This document shows positions 8,684 through 18,909 of a stretch of 64,000 nucleotides of DNA, piece after piece. Under the pieces are notes generated by a model that worked only from the letters and a program-made list of their open reading frames with translations, ran no database searches and was not told the origin of the DNA. A program made the translations under genes and the position numbers. Source of the DNA: an uncultured delta proteobacterium. GTDB lineage: Bacteria; Myxococcota_A; Polyangia; Palsa-1104. The stretch is taken from positions 192,001 to 256,000 of the forward strand of contig CAWAWS010000003.1 of the NCBI GenBank assembly GCA_963785725.1, in the 5' to 3' direction. Positions within the stretch are counted from its first letter, which is position 1; the number at the start of each line of letters is the position of its first letter.

Positions 8684-10198
8684 TTAGAGCCCTTCGAGCG
8701 TCCAGGTCTGCGCGCCCGTGCCGTTGCAATCCCAGATCTGCACTTGCGTGCCGTCGGCCGTTCCCGACGCCGAGATGTCGAGGCATTTGCCGCTGTTCGT
8801 GTTCACGAGCTTGCTGTTGCCGCCGCCGACGTCGACGATGCTGAACGACTGCGCGCCCGTGCCATTGCAATCGTAGAGCTGCGCTTTGGTGCCATCGGCG
8901 GTGCCGGCGGCGGTGATATCGACGCACTTATTGCTGTTGTCATTGACGATCTGATAGTTGCCATTGGCGACCGCGACCTTATGGAACGTCTGCGCCGCGC
9001 TGCCATTGCAGGTCCACTCTTGAACTTTGGTTCCGTCGGCCGTGCCGGCGCCGTTGATGTCGAGGCACTTGCCGCTGAAGGGCGCGACGATCGTGCCGCT
9101 GCCGCCGCCGCGCGAGCCGCCGAAGCTGACGGTGAAGTTCGTGCCCGACTGCGAGCCGCCCCAGAAGTTACCGCAGTTGGCCAAGCTGTTATCGACCTGA
9201 TCGGTCCACGACAAGCCGGGCACATTGATGCCGTTGCCATTGATGTCGCTGATGGCGAAGTTGTCATACGTCAATGCGCCGGTCGTCGGCAATTGATCGC
9301 ACGACGTCAACGAATAGGCCTCGAGCACGCCGGCGAAGATCCACTGATGCGGGTGGCCGAAGGCCGACGTGTCGAACACCGAAGACTGACCGGTGCGCTG
9401 ATCGGTCGTCGACACGCGCCAATTGTTGCAGATGCCGGTGCTGGCGCTGCAGTTGGTGCCGGTGTTGACGCCCAAGATGGTATCGCCCGGGCTGACGGGA
9501 ACGGAGTCGCCGTATTCGGCGTTGCCGCCACCTTCGCAGCAGTTCCAGCTCTGCACGAACCACGACGAGTTCTCATAAGCGAGCACCGGCTGCAAGATCG
9601 TGCCGCCCGATTTGCCGTCCAATGACTGCGTTCCCGGGAAGAAGAAGAGCACTTGGCCCGACTTCGCCGGCGTCGGCGGAACGACCCAGCTCACCGAGAG
9701 CTTACTGACACCGGCCGAGAACGTGGAGAAGTCGGCGAGCGACCAACCTTCGATATCATTCGTGACCGCCAGCGGCTTGATGACCGGCGCGGTCTCGGTA
9801 TTCGCGCCGCCGGCGACCGCGTCGGCAAACGGCGCCGCCTCGCCGGTGAGGCCGTGCACGCCGGCCAGCTGCGCGACCGGCTGACCACTCAACGCGTAAT
9901 GCTCGTACTGGCATACCGACGTCGCGCGCGCCTGACCGGTCGGCGCGCGAATCGTCCCGTCCGTGCCCACCTCTTCATCGTTGTTGACGTGCACGAGGCA
10001 GGACGGATGGAAATAGCCGACCGGCGTCGCGACGAAGCCTTCGGGCACGCCTGCCGGAAGCTGCGGCGGCCGAGCGACCAGCGCGGCGCTCGACGAGCCG
10101 CCGGTCGACTCGCCTTGAATCGTTCCGTTGCAACCCAATCCCAACGCGCCCAGCGAAAGCGCGAGCGCCAGTGCTTTTGGTGCCGACGAATGTTTCAT
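8684..10198 (-). CDS. Lipoprotein: propeptide + glutamic peptidase (G1/eqolisin-like) domain + C-terminal ricin-B lectin
   Basis: AAGGAGG RBS; LGLGC; TPVGYFHPSC propeptide; ILQPVL, VSPGD, VLEAY; three CLDI...QxW ricin repeats. Confidence 0.8.
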   Translation of the reverse strand: MKHSSAPKALALALSLGALGLGCNGTIQGESTGGSSSAALVARPPQLPAGVPEGFVATPVGYFHPSCLVHVNNDEEVGTDGTIRAPTGQARATSVCQYEHYALSGQPVAQLAGVHGLTGEAAPFADAVAGGANTETAPVIKPLAVTNDIEGWSLADFSTFSAGVSKLSVSWVVPPTPAKSGQVLFFFPGTQSLDGKSGGTILQPVLAYENSSWFVQSWNCCEGGGNAEYGDSVPVSPGDTILGVNTGTNCSASTGICNNWRVSTTDQRTGQSSVFDTSAFGHPHQWIFAGVLEAYSLTSCDQLPTTGALTYDNFAISDINGNGINVPGLSWTDQVDNSLANCGNFWGGSQSGTNFTVSFGGSRGGGSGTIVAPFSGKCLDINGAGTADGTKVQEWTCNGSAAQTFHKVAVANGNYQIVNDNSNKCVDITAAGTADGTKAQLYDCNGTGAQSFSIVDVGGGNSKLVNTNSGKCLDISASGTADGTQVQIWDCNGTGAQTWTLEGL

Positions 10199-11153
10199 GA
10201 ACGCCTCCTTTGAAGCGACTGCGGGTGACTGCTGCCATTGCGGCGCGCGCCCGGACGATGCGCGCCTACCTCGGTCGACCGACAGCGTGATCTCGTGAGG
10301 CGGCCGCACCCCACACCGTCCACCTGCCGTTTACAACTCGGGCTATCACTGCGTGCGGCACTTTGCCGCGCGCGACGAGACCTCAAGCGCGCCGAACGCT
10401 CACGCGCTCGAACGCACGCGACGCGCGAGATGGCGCGCAGCGCGCCGCGACGAAGCCCAAGCAGTGTCGCGAAGCGAGCCGCGACAGCGAACGGCATGGG
10501 AGCTCTTGTCTGCGCACATGGCGGAGCGACGCAGCAACTGTCAGGCCAGCGCGCACGCTCCGCGAATCGACCGGAAAGCGCTGCATTCGGCAGACGAGCC
10601 TGCGTCATTGGCTGCGGGATCGATTCCTCACGTGTATCGATACCGAAACATCTCGACGCTCGACGTCAACATATAGGCGTTACCGATGTCGGGAAACGTA
10701 ATCGCGGGCAAACGGATCCTGAATCGTCGAATCGCACGCCGAGCACCACGCCGCTGAACCAATAGCTGTTGATCGTCCGGCTTCGCGTCAGTGGCTCTCG
10801 AGCGTTTGCTTCGGCGAAGCGCAGTCGTAGTGCGGCACCGTCAAGCTGGCAAGAATGACGAGCAGCAGTGACCTGCGAACGACGGCAGCAGCTCGCTGAA
10901 TCGCGTCGTGATGAGCGCGTGCTTGAGCCGATGGCGCGAGAGAGCCGAGAGGCCTCGAGCGAGCGAGTCGAACGCGTGTGACGACGATCAATGTTTGAAG
11001 GCCGCGTGACTTCGTCGGCACGACTCCGCGTCTTGCGGCGCCACGACGCGAACGATCATTTTTGCGTTTTCTCGCGGGAAGAATTTCCGCCGCTCGCGTC
11101 TCCTCATCGCAGGCGCATCGAGCGCCGCACAAAATCCTAAAGGAGACCGACTA

Positions 11154-12188
11154 ATGAACCGCTATCGATTCGATCGCCGCACGCTCCTCGCCGTCGTTGG
11201 CGCCGCCCTCGCCGGCTGCGGACAGGCCGGCCTGCCGCAAGACGGCGCCGCCGCTGCCGTCGCCCCTGCCGTGACCGCGCCGGCCGCCGCCGTTTCGCCC
11301 GCGCAGCAGGTCATCGCCGCCAACGCCAAGGCCGAACGCGACCTCCACCTCGTCACCCGCAAAGTCATCAACGATGGCGACGAGGTCATCGAGTTCTACG
11401 AGCCGCTCCCCGGCAAGGTGATCTTCTCGGCAGCCGGCAGCCCGCGCGGTGCCAGCGCCGTGCGCCGCGAGCTCGTCGAGGGTCGCTCCGCCGACGCCAT
11501 CTGGCGCGCGCTGGTCCCCAACGAGCAGCCGCCGGCGGAGCTGCTGGCCGCCGTCGAGCGCGCCACCATCCGCGGGAAGTCGGACGACAGCGCCGACACC
11601 ACCGCCGCGCAGTCGAACGAAGCCGAAGCCGCCGCGCGCGTGCAGGCGGCGCCAATCGCGGCCGAGTCCAAGACGGAGACGTCGGCCACGGCGGAAGCCA
11701 TCGTCGCGTCGCCGATCCAGCCGCTGGCCGCGTCGGGCGGCTACTGCTCGGGACAGTTCTGGACCGATTGGGGCAACTGGGCCGGCGGCAACCCGCAGAA
11801 CCAGGGCACCTGGAACTACGGCTGGTACGACCGCCAGTGGGACGGCATCACCGGCACCTCCGGCTACATCGTCTGCCCGTGGGGCAACGTCTCCAACACC
11901 GGCGGCACCTTCAGTGTCTATATCCCGGGCGGCGCCACCAGCTCGTGGACGATCGCGCCCAACTACTATCGCTGGTCGACGGAGACCGCGGGCCAAGATT
12001 GCCACTGGACATTGAGCTGCGCGCTGTCGGGCATGGCCAACCAGTGCAACCCGCTGCCGTTCAGCTTCCACGGCCACTTCGACTCGAGCTGCTACCTGAC
12101 GAAGGGCACGTCGTGCGGCGACAACTTCGACTGGATCGATTGGGCCAGCAGCGCCGGCTCGTACTGCCAGACGCCGAACTTCAATTAA
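11154..12188 (+). CDS. Uncharacterised lipoprotein with Cys/Trp-rich C-terminal domain
   Basis: AAAGGAG RBS; LAGC; 8 Cys and many Trp in the last 150 aa; strong GC3 bias. Confidence 0.8.
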   Translation: MNRYRFDRRTLLAVVGAALAGCGQAGLPQDGAAAAVAPAVTAPAAAVSPAQQVIAANAKAERDLHLVTRKVINDGDEVIEFYEPLPGKVIFSAAGSPRGASAVRRELVEGRSADAIWRALVPNEQPPAELLAAVERATIRGKSDDSADTTAAQSNEAEAAARVQAAPIAAESKTETSATAEAIVASPIQPLAASGGYCSGQFWTDWGNWAGGNPQNQGTWNYGWYDRQWDGITGTSGYIVCPWGNVSNTGGTFSVYIPGGATSSWTIAPNYYRWSTETAGQDCHWTLSCALSGMANQCNPLPFSFHGHFDSSCYLTKGTSCGDNFDWIDWASSAGSYCQTPNFN

Positions 12189-12216
12189 TGAACTAGACCT
12201 CGAGAAAGCGTTCGCG

Positions 12217-12254
12217 GTGGGACGCGCAGGATCATTCGGTCCTGCGCGTCCCGC
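12217..12254 (+). terminator. Strong stem-loop downstream of the 11154 gene
   Basis: GGGACGCGCAGGA-tcattcgg-TCCTGCGCGTCCC, 13-bp perfect stem. Confidence 0.6.
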
Positions 12255-12657
12255 TCGCGTTTGACGAACATGAATGACGACTTCGGACAGGATGCCCGCG
12301 GGCACTCGGATGTCATCGCGGTGCGGACACTCGGTTCATTGATGCGCGTCATTAAAGACATAGTCAGTGCACGGCGCCGCCCGCGTCCATTATGTGTGCA
12401 CTCCAATCACGTTCCAAGCCGCCGAAACGAGTGAGACTGATCAGCCGCTCCCGGCCACGCGCATCGCACGCAGCGACGGGCGGCGAAAGAATTGGGAACC
12501 GCGTTCGCAACGCGTTGTCGATATCGCTGCATGACTTGGCGTGCCCGACGATGACCGCGTCGCGGCCGCCGAGCATTCGCGGCTGATCGCGCGTCGGCAA
12601 GTCGTTCCGAGCCGCTGCTGCGATCGGCGCAAACACTCAACGGTGGGAGGAGCTCGC

Positions 12658-14427
12658 ATGCCGTCCGGCGTGAACATTCCTGCGTCTTTCGTGCGCGCGC
12701 AACACGACCCCGATCTCGCTGCAGCGACACACGAGCCAGACAATGGAACGCGTGCGATCGAAGTCCACGCGCTGTTCGAAGAGACGGTGATCGCCGTCGC
12801 GCATCTGGCCGATCCCCGCGGCCGGCGCGTGAGTCGCCAGACCAAGGCGCTCTTGGCTGCGAGCATCGCCGCACTGACGATTCCATTGGTCGGCTTCATT
12901 GTCGCTTATGTCGACATGGCGCGTCTTCAACACGCGCGCGAAGCCTGGGATCGCGCAGGCCATCCCCATAACGCCTTCGTTACGCCGTTCGACGGCTCAT
13001 TGGTCGACATTGCCGCCGCGCTATGCCTCATCGCCGGCGTTTATCTGCTGACTCGCGGCGCATTACGTTTAGCGGCCGAGCGGACGAGTGGCGATTTCAC
13101 GATCGGCTGCGATCGCGACGCCGTCGTTCACGCGCCGGCCGAGCAGCTGCCGATCGCTTCGTTTCCGCTGGTGCGGGCGCTGGACAATGACTATGCGCTG
13201 CACTTTACGTGGCACATGTCGGGCGAGGTCACGCTCGCCAATGGGCAAGCGCGCTCGCTGGCGCAGCTCGTGGACTCCGGCGCAGCGCCGGCGGCGACCG
13301 ATATCGCCGACGCGTACGCCTGGCCGATTCCCAAAGACGCGCACGCGCGCATTCAGCTGGCGAACACGACGTTTCTCGTATCGTCGGTGCCGCCGCCACG
13401 CGTCTACGACATGTCGACGGCGGTCGACTGGCAAACTCAAGTCTATACGTTGGTGACGGCACTGTCGGTGATGCTGTTTCTCGTCATGGTCGACTGCATT
13501 CCCGCCGATCCGCAGTCTTTGTCACTCGACGCCTTCTTACGCGAGACGCGCTTTGCGCAGTTCCTCCTCAAGCCGCCGAGCGAGCAGTCGGCGGCGCTTC
13601 CCGATTGGCTTGCCAAGACGCAGCCGAGCACGAGCGGCGGCAAAGGAAAGCGGCAAAGCGGCGCGGTCGGTCAGATGGGATACAAGACCAGTCGCAAGCT
13701 GACCGGCATTTACGGGATCAAAGGACCAAAGAACAATCCCGACCCGCATGTGGCGAAGATGATCGCGGCCGATCGCGCCAATCACGCGGGTGTCGTCGGC
13801 ATTTTCAAGAGCTTCGAGGGCTCGCAGGTTGGCGCGCTTTATCGTGACACGCCGCTCGGCGCCGACGCCGACACGGTGCTCGCCGGACTGCGCGGCACCG
13901 AGATCGGCGACGCTTATGGCGACGCCGGCGCCGGCATGGTCGGCTCGGGCAAAGGCGGCGGCGGCACCGGCGAAGCCACGATCGGAACGGGCGCGCTGGG
14001 CACGATCGGCAAAGGCGGCGGCGGCGGCGACCGCTCCGGCTACGGCCCGGGCAGCGGCGGTGGCTTGGGGCGCCATCGGCTGGCGACGCTGCCCGATGTC
14101 ATTCCGCTCTCGGGAGACGTCCGCGGCTCACTCGATAAGGAGATCATTCGCCGCGTCATTCGTCGTCATTTGGCCGAGATAAAGTTTTGCTACGAAAAGG
14201 AGCTCTTGCATCGAAGCGGCTTAGTCGGTCGCGTCACGGTGCAGTTCACGATCGGCGGCAATGGCGGCGTCCTCTCGTCAGTCGTCCAAGAGTCGACGCT
14301 GCATGACGCCAATGTCGAGCAATGCATGCGAGACGCCGTGCGGCGCTGGGAGTTCCCGCAGCCGAAAGGCGGCGGGATCGTCATCGTCTCTTATCCGTTC
14401 GCGCTCAAGCTCGCCGGTCAGGAGTGA
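12658..14427 (+). CDS. AgmX/PglI (GltG-like) TonB C-terminal domain membrane protein
   Basis: GGGAGGAG RBS; TM helices; GTIGKGGG Gly-rich linker; GSLDKEIIRRVIRRH..IKFCYEKEL..FPQPKGGGIVIVSYPF. Confidence 0.85.
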   Translation: MPSGVNIPASFVRAQHDPDLAAATHEPDNGTRAIEVHALFEETVIAVAHLADPRGRRVSRQTKALLAASIAALTIPLVGFIVAYVDMARLQHAREAWDRAGHPHNAFVTPFDGSLVDIAAALCLIAGVYLLTRGALRLAAERTSGDFTIGCDRDAVVHAPAEQLPIASFPLVRALDNDYALHFTWHMSGEVTLANGQARSLAQLVDSGAAPAATDIADAYAWPIPKDAHARIQLANTTFLVSSVPPPRVYDMSTAVDWQTQVYTLVTALSVMLFLVMVDCIPADPQSLSLDAFLRETRFAQFLLKPPSEQSAALPDWLAKTQPSTSGGKGKRQSGAVGQMGYKTSRKLTGIYGIKGPKNNPDPHVAKMIAADRANHAGVVGIFKSFEGSQVGALYRDTPLGADADTVLAGLRGTEIGDAYGDAGAGMVGSGKGGGGTGEATIGTGALGTIGKGGGGGDRSGYGPGSGGGLGRHRLATLPDVIPLSGDVRGSLDKEIIRRVIRRHLAEIKFCYEKELLHRSGLVGRVTVQFTIGGNGGVLSSVVQESTLHDANVEQCMRDAVRRWEFPQPKGGGIVIVSYPFALKLAGQE

Positions 14428-14791
14428 CTGCCTTCGCGGATTCCGGTTCGGCGCGCCAGCGTGTGGCAAAGCGTCCGCTCAAGACATAGCGCGGGAACGT
14501 AATCCATTGCTCGACGAAGATGCGCGATATCGCATCGAACGGACCGGCGAATGGCACCGGCGCGACCGCCTCGCCGCGATGCCCGACGCCCTGCAGCGCC
14601 ATCGCGACCGCCATGGCGACGACGCCGCCGGGCACGAGCCAATAGCTCACGAACGGTGAAATCAATATCGCCAAGCCGCCCGCCTGAAAGAGCGGAACGG
14701 TCAGAATGTGCAAGAGCAAGTTGCGACGGGCGCGATGATTGTCGGGATAGAGCGACCATTGCCAGCTCAGCAGCGGTTGTCCACGGTTCAT
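14405..14791 (-). CDS. DUF962/Mpo1-like small membrane protein
   Basis: YPDNHRARRNLLLHILTVP and LQGVGH..E motifs; 23-nt tail overlap with the convergent gene. Confidence 0.8.
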   Translation of the reverse strand: MNRGQPLLSWQWSLYPDNHRARRNLLLHILTVPLFQAGGLAILISPFVSYWLVPGGVVAMAVAMALQGVGHRGEAVAPVPFAGPFDAISRIFVEQWITFPRYVLSGRFATRWRAEPESAKAVTPDRRA

Positions 14792-14912
14792 GACGCGAGC
14801 TTATCGCGGCTGCCGGCGCGCGTCATGAGCTGTCTCGGCCGCGGCACGAAAACCCAGCTCGCCTGAGGCTGGCGGCCCCAGCGCGCTGCACGATTGGCGC
14901 GCGCGAGCGCCT

Positions 14913-15131
14913 CACGAGGCGTGGCTGAAGGGCGACTTCTCGGACGCCAACCTCGCCCGCTTCAACGCCATTTGGACGCAAGTGGCGACGCGCTTCAAAG
15001 ACAGGTCGGATCGCCTGCCATTCGAGATCCTCAATGAGCCCAATCCCATGTCGCTCGACAACCTGAATTCGCTCGACGATCAGATCTTCACGCTCATGCG
15101 CCAGACGAATCCGACACGGCTCATCGTCAGC
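14913..15131 (+). pseudogene. GH5 glycoside hydrolase internal fragment
   Basis: RFNAIWTQVATRFKDRSDRLPFEILNEP...RQTNPTRLIV carries the GH5 acid/base NEP motif; no N-terminus and no nucleophile strand. Confidence 0.75.
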
Positions 15132-15146
15132 GATTTACCACTCGCG

Positions 15147-15245
15147 TGTGCCGGCACAAAGTGGCACACGTGCCAGCCTGCTTTCCCGCTAAAACCTCAT
15201 GAATTCAATGACGCACGGCACCTTGCCGGCGGCGCGACGGTTGCA
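15147..15245 (+). promoter_or_regulatory. Candidate sigma54 promoter with upstream palindromes
   Basis: CGGCGCGACGGTTGCA (15230-15245, GG-N10-GC); palindromes TGTGCCGGCACA (15147-15158) and TGGCAC-AC-GTGCCA (15162-15175). Confidence 0.55.
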
Positions 15246-15270
15246 ATGCGCGACGCGCCAGGAGGGGACG

Positions 15271-16911
15271 ATGTTTCAACGAGGCGCGGCGGCGAGTCTG
15301 ATCGGGCTCATGGCAATCTTCAATAGTGGATGTATGAATGGACCTTTGAATGGGGCGGTGTACGACGGAGATGGCGGCACGACGCTGCAGCAACAAGTCG
15401 GCTTTTACGGCTTCTATCCGCAGCCCAATCAGACGATTAGTGTTCAAGTGCTCGAGAGCCCGAACGCCGATCCCAGCGTCGACGCCAATTGGCTGACGAT
15501 GACGACCACGACGACGGGCACGCAACAATACTTCTATAATGACCCGAGCTCGCCGATGTATCTGTGGCAAGCGAGCGCCTCGCCGGGAACGGTCGCGGCG
15601 GGGATTATGCTGCTGCATCCGTGGACGAGCGGCGGATTGGCGCGCGTGCGCGCTCAGGCCATTACCGTTTCCGGCGGCAAGGTCACGATCGACGCGCGCT
15701 TGACGGCGTTCGACGAAGACTTCGACGATTGCAAGAGTCAGCTCGCGTCGCAGCCGTGGTCGGTCATTCGCAACGACTGCAAGACGCTCTATTCGCCCAA
15801 CAGCGACGTGGCGACGCTGGTCTCGACGACCGCAAGGCCGTCGACGGCGCAGGCGGCGCTGGCGACGTCGCCGTATCTGACGCTGCCGGGCGGCGCCGGA
15901 ACCAGCGCGACGGTCGGCAAAAACTATTATCATGCGGCCGGAATCGATATTCTTTTTCCGTCGCTCGGCGTCTTCAAGCTGGCGATGGGATTCGGTCTCG
16001 GCAATCCCACCGAAGCGTCGGCCGTTTATTACAACGCCGGCGACTTGGGGATTGGGCGGGAGATGCATTGCTTGAGCGACAGCGCGCGTAAAGCCTGCTA
16101 CGTCACCAACTATGCCGATCGCGTGCCGCCAGGAAACGATCCGACGAAGCGCATCTTCGCCGGCTCGCAAGCCAACATCAACGACGCGCTCGCCAATGCC
16201 GTCAAAGGCTTTCAAGGCGTCGCCGGCAGCGATCCCATCGCGACCGTGGCCATGATCGAGGCGACCGTGAACGGCGCGCCCAACGTCGAGTTCATGGTCT
16301 TCGGCGCCGACGGATTGTTGAGTGACACGGCGACGCTCGACATGAGCGCGCATCCGAACGATCAAGTGCCGACCAACTGCATGACCTGTCACGCCGGCAA
16401 TGGCGCGCTGAACGGCGGCACCGTCTCGAATGCGCACTTTCTGCCGTTCGACCTCGATTCATTTCAGTATTCGACGCAGTCGGCCTTTACCGAGAGCGCG
16501 CAGTTGGAGTCGTTCCGTAAGCTCAACGCCGTGGTGCAGATTACGTCGCACTCGCAGGCGATGACCGACCTCTTGAATGGCTGGTATCCGCCGAACGGCC
16601 CGGCGACGAGCGCCGCTACGTTCAACGGCGACTTCGTACCCGCCAATTGGACGAACCGACCCACCAACGAGGTCTACAACTATGGCATCAAGAAATACTG
16701 CCGCACGTGCCACCTCGGGCAGACCATCACCGACTTCGGCACGCCCACTCAATTGACGAATCTGGAAGCGGCCGGCCATGTCGTCACGAATTACTTGTGC
16801 GATACGCATTTGATGCCGCAAGCGCTGGTCACGCAGAACAACTTCTGGAACAGCTCGGCGCGCGCGCACTTCCTCGGCTTCGTCGGCGCCAATCGCGACT
16901 GCGCGCCTTGA
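15271..16911 (+). CDS. Di-heme c-type cytochrome lipoprotein of unknown family
   Basis: GGAGG RBS; lipobox-like NSGC; two CxxCH motifs CMTCH and CRTCH; late Met in HLMP as possible axial ligand. Confidence 0.8.
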   Translation: MFQRGAAASLIGLMAIFNSGCMNGPLNGAVYDGDGGTTLQQQVGFYGFYPQPNQTISVQVLESPNADPSVDANWLTMTTTTTGTQQYFYNDPSSPMYLWQASASPGTVAAGIMLLHPWTSGGLARVRAQAITVSGGKVTIDARLTAFDEDFDDCKSQLASQPWSVIRNDCKTLYSPNSDVATLVSTTARPSTAQAALATSPYLTLPGGAGTSATVGKNYYHAAGIDILFPSLGVFKLAMGFGLGNPTEASAVYYNAGDLGIGREMHCLSDSARKACYVTNYADRVPPGNDPTKRIFAGSQANINDALANAVKGFQGVAGSDPIATVAMIEATVNGAPNVEFMVFGADGLLSDTATLDMSAHPNDQVPTNCMTCHAGNGALNGGTVSNAHFLPFDLDSFQYSTQSAFTESAQLESFRKLNAVVQITSHSQAMTDLLNGWYPPNGPATSAATFNGDFVPANWTNRPTNEVYNYGIKKYCRTCHLGQTITDFGTPTQLTNLEAAGHVVTNYLCDTHLMPQALVTQNNFWNSSARAHFLGFVGANRDCAP

Positions 16912-17252
16912 GCTCGGCGCTCGCCGCCGGCGAATTCGTCCGCTAACGAACGCCGCCCCTCGCCATCGATTCGTCTTCAATGCGCGGGAGCGCGATTGCC
17001 TCACGCCTCGGCGATCGCGCTCCCACGCGTTCGCACCGGCTCGATAACAGCTCCGGCGCGCGGTCACGGCCCCGGTGCCATCCGCGATAACCCAAGAGTA
17101 TCGGCGAGTTTGGCAACCTCACAGCTGCGCATCTGCCGTCGACCGCGCAGCCGGGACGGCCCGACATTGCAGGGCGCGGGCGACCTCGTTTGCGATTGTC
17201 GTGAATAGCCGAATCGTCGGCTCGTCTACGCGGCAACTACGGGGGAGCTCGC

Positions 17253-17759
17253 ATGCGGATACTGGCCGGCATGCTTTTGACGGCGTGCGCCGGTTGCGCG
17301 CCGCCGCTGATTTCACTGGGCGCAGCCGTGCCCATTTCGACCGCGCCGCCGCACGAAGTGCCGCTCGAGGTCATTACGCGCTCGGCGATTTCACTGCCAT
17401 TGCCGGTCGAGCATTCGCGCACGCGCGTCGCCGACGTCGAGCTGTCGCTCGGTCACGCCGTCGCCAGCGCCGCGGTGCCGTGGGCCGACGCGCATCGCGG
17501 CCTGCGTCCCGACGGCTGGCAGCTCGTCGTCGAGCTGGCCAAAGCGCACGCGGCCGTCGACGACGGCTTGGTCGATGTCGCGCTCAACGTGCGCGCGACC
17601 TTGCGAACCCGCGCCGGCCACGTCTATCTCGCGCAGACGCAAGCGCATTGCCACGAGCGCGCGGCGACGTCACTCGAGAGCGCGGCGCCGCTCTTTTATC
17701 ACTGCATGTTGACCGTGGGTCACGAGCTGGCCGGTTGGCTGGAGGGGGTGCAACCTTGA
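17253..17759 (+). CDS. Small uncharacterised lipoprotein
   Basis: GGGGGAG RBS; CAGC lipobox; stop overlaps next TTG start. Confidence 0.75.
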   Translation: MRILAGMLLTACAGCAPPLISLGAAVPISTAPPHEVPLEVITRSAISLPLPVEHSRTRVADVELSLGHAVASAAVPWADAHRGLRPDGWQLVVELAKAHAAVDDGLVDVALNVRATLRTRAGHVYLAQTQAHCHERAATSLESAAPLFYHCMLTVGHELAGWLEGVQP

Positions 17760-18739
17760 AACGAAATATCGGGTTAGTCGCGTTGTTGTGCGTAAGCGGT
17801 TGCGGTTATGTCGTCGAGCCCGGCCATCGCGGCCTCTTGTTCAATCCGCGTCGCGGCGGATTGCAGCAAGAGGTCTTGGCCGAAGGCTGGCACCGCGTCG
17901 GCGCTTACGGTCGCGTCGACGACTTCGACGTCACCTACTCGACCAAGCACGAGGACTTACGCACCATCAGCGCCGAAGGCCTGGCCGTCACCGTTCGCGT
18001 CTCCATCATTTATCGCCCGGTCGTGAGCGAGCTTTACGATCTCGACGTGGAGATTGGTCGCAATTATTACGACGAGGTCGTCGGCCCCGAGTTTAGAACG
18101 GCCACACGCGGCGTCTTTGCACGCCATTCGTATCTCGAAGTGCAGCGCATCAACGAAAAGCTCGAGGACGAGATCGAAGCGGAGGTGCGCCGTCGTATCG
18201 CGGGCAAACATGTCGAGGTTTCATCGGTGACGATGGAGCGCTTCGAATATCCGCCCGAGATCGAGCAGGCCATTCGCAGTAAGCTCGTCGGCGAACAGGA
18301 GGCCATTCGCAGCAAAGCGCAGCTCGAAGCCGACGCCTTGCGACAGACGATGGAGCTGCAGCACGAGGCCGAGCGCGAGAAGCTGCAGACCGAAGCGGAG
18401 CTGCGAAAGAAAGAGCGCGATCGGCATGTCGCCGAGCAGCAGGCGGCGATCGATCGCGTGCAAGCGGACGCCGACGCACAAACGCGGGTGACGCGCGCCA
18501 AAGCCGAGGCCACCGCGATCTCGACGCTGGCCGACGCCCAAGCCAAGCAGAAGCGCGCCGAAGCGCAAGCCTTGACGCCGCTCATGGTGCAAATGCACGC
18601 TTACGACGCGCTGTCGAAGCTGGGCGGATCGGGCACGACGATCATGCTCGGCGACTGGTCACACGTGCCCAACTTCCTCTTTCCGGGCATGCCGAGCTGG
18701 CGATCGACGATGGGCGCGCAACACGCTTCGATGCCTTGA
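17756..18739 (+). CDS. SPFH/Band 7/prohibitin family lipoprotein
   Basis: TTG start, VSGC; VEPGHRGLLF, SAEGL, PPEIEQAI; Ala/Glu coiled coil. Confidence 0.88.
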   Translation: MKRNIGLVALLCVSGCGYVVEPGHRGLLFNPRRGGLQQEVLAEGWHRVGAYGRVDDFDVTYSTKHEDLRTISAEGLAVTVRVSIIYRPVVSELYDLDVEIGRNYYDEVVGPEFRTATRGVFARHSYLEVQRINEKLEDEIEAEVRRRIAGKHVEVSSVTMERFEYPPEIEQAIRSKLVGEQEAIRSKAQLEADALRQTMELQHEAEREKLQTEAELRKKERDRHVAEQQAAIDRVQADADAQTRVTRAKAEATAISTLADAQAKQKRAEAQALTPLMVQMHAYDALSKLGGSGTTIMLGDWSHVPNFLFPGMPSWRSTMGAQHASMP

Positions 18740-18909
18740 GACCCGCGAATTCCGCGTCCATTCACGCTCGCGGAAGTTGCCGAGCCAGTCGTCTCTGCGA
18801 AGATTACGCGACATCTCGTCAAACAGAACCGTTCCTGTTGCAAATTATCGACAGTGATTGGAAGATTGCGCGTCGTTGCTTCTTCTACAGCTGACGCGCG
18901 GGTGAGATC

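Noticed and set aside
10200..11150. Small ORFs or an ncRNA in the long intergenic region
   Set aside because: No RBS-supported ORF with coding bias and no recognisable RNA family
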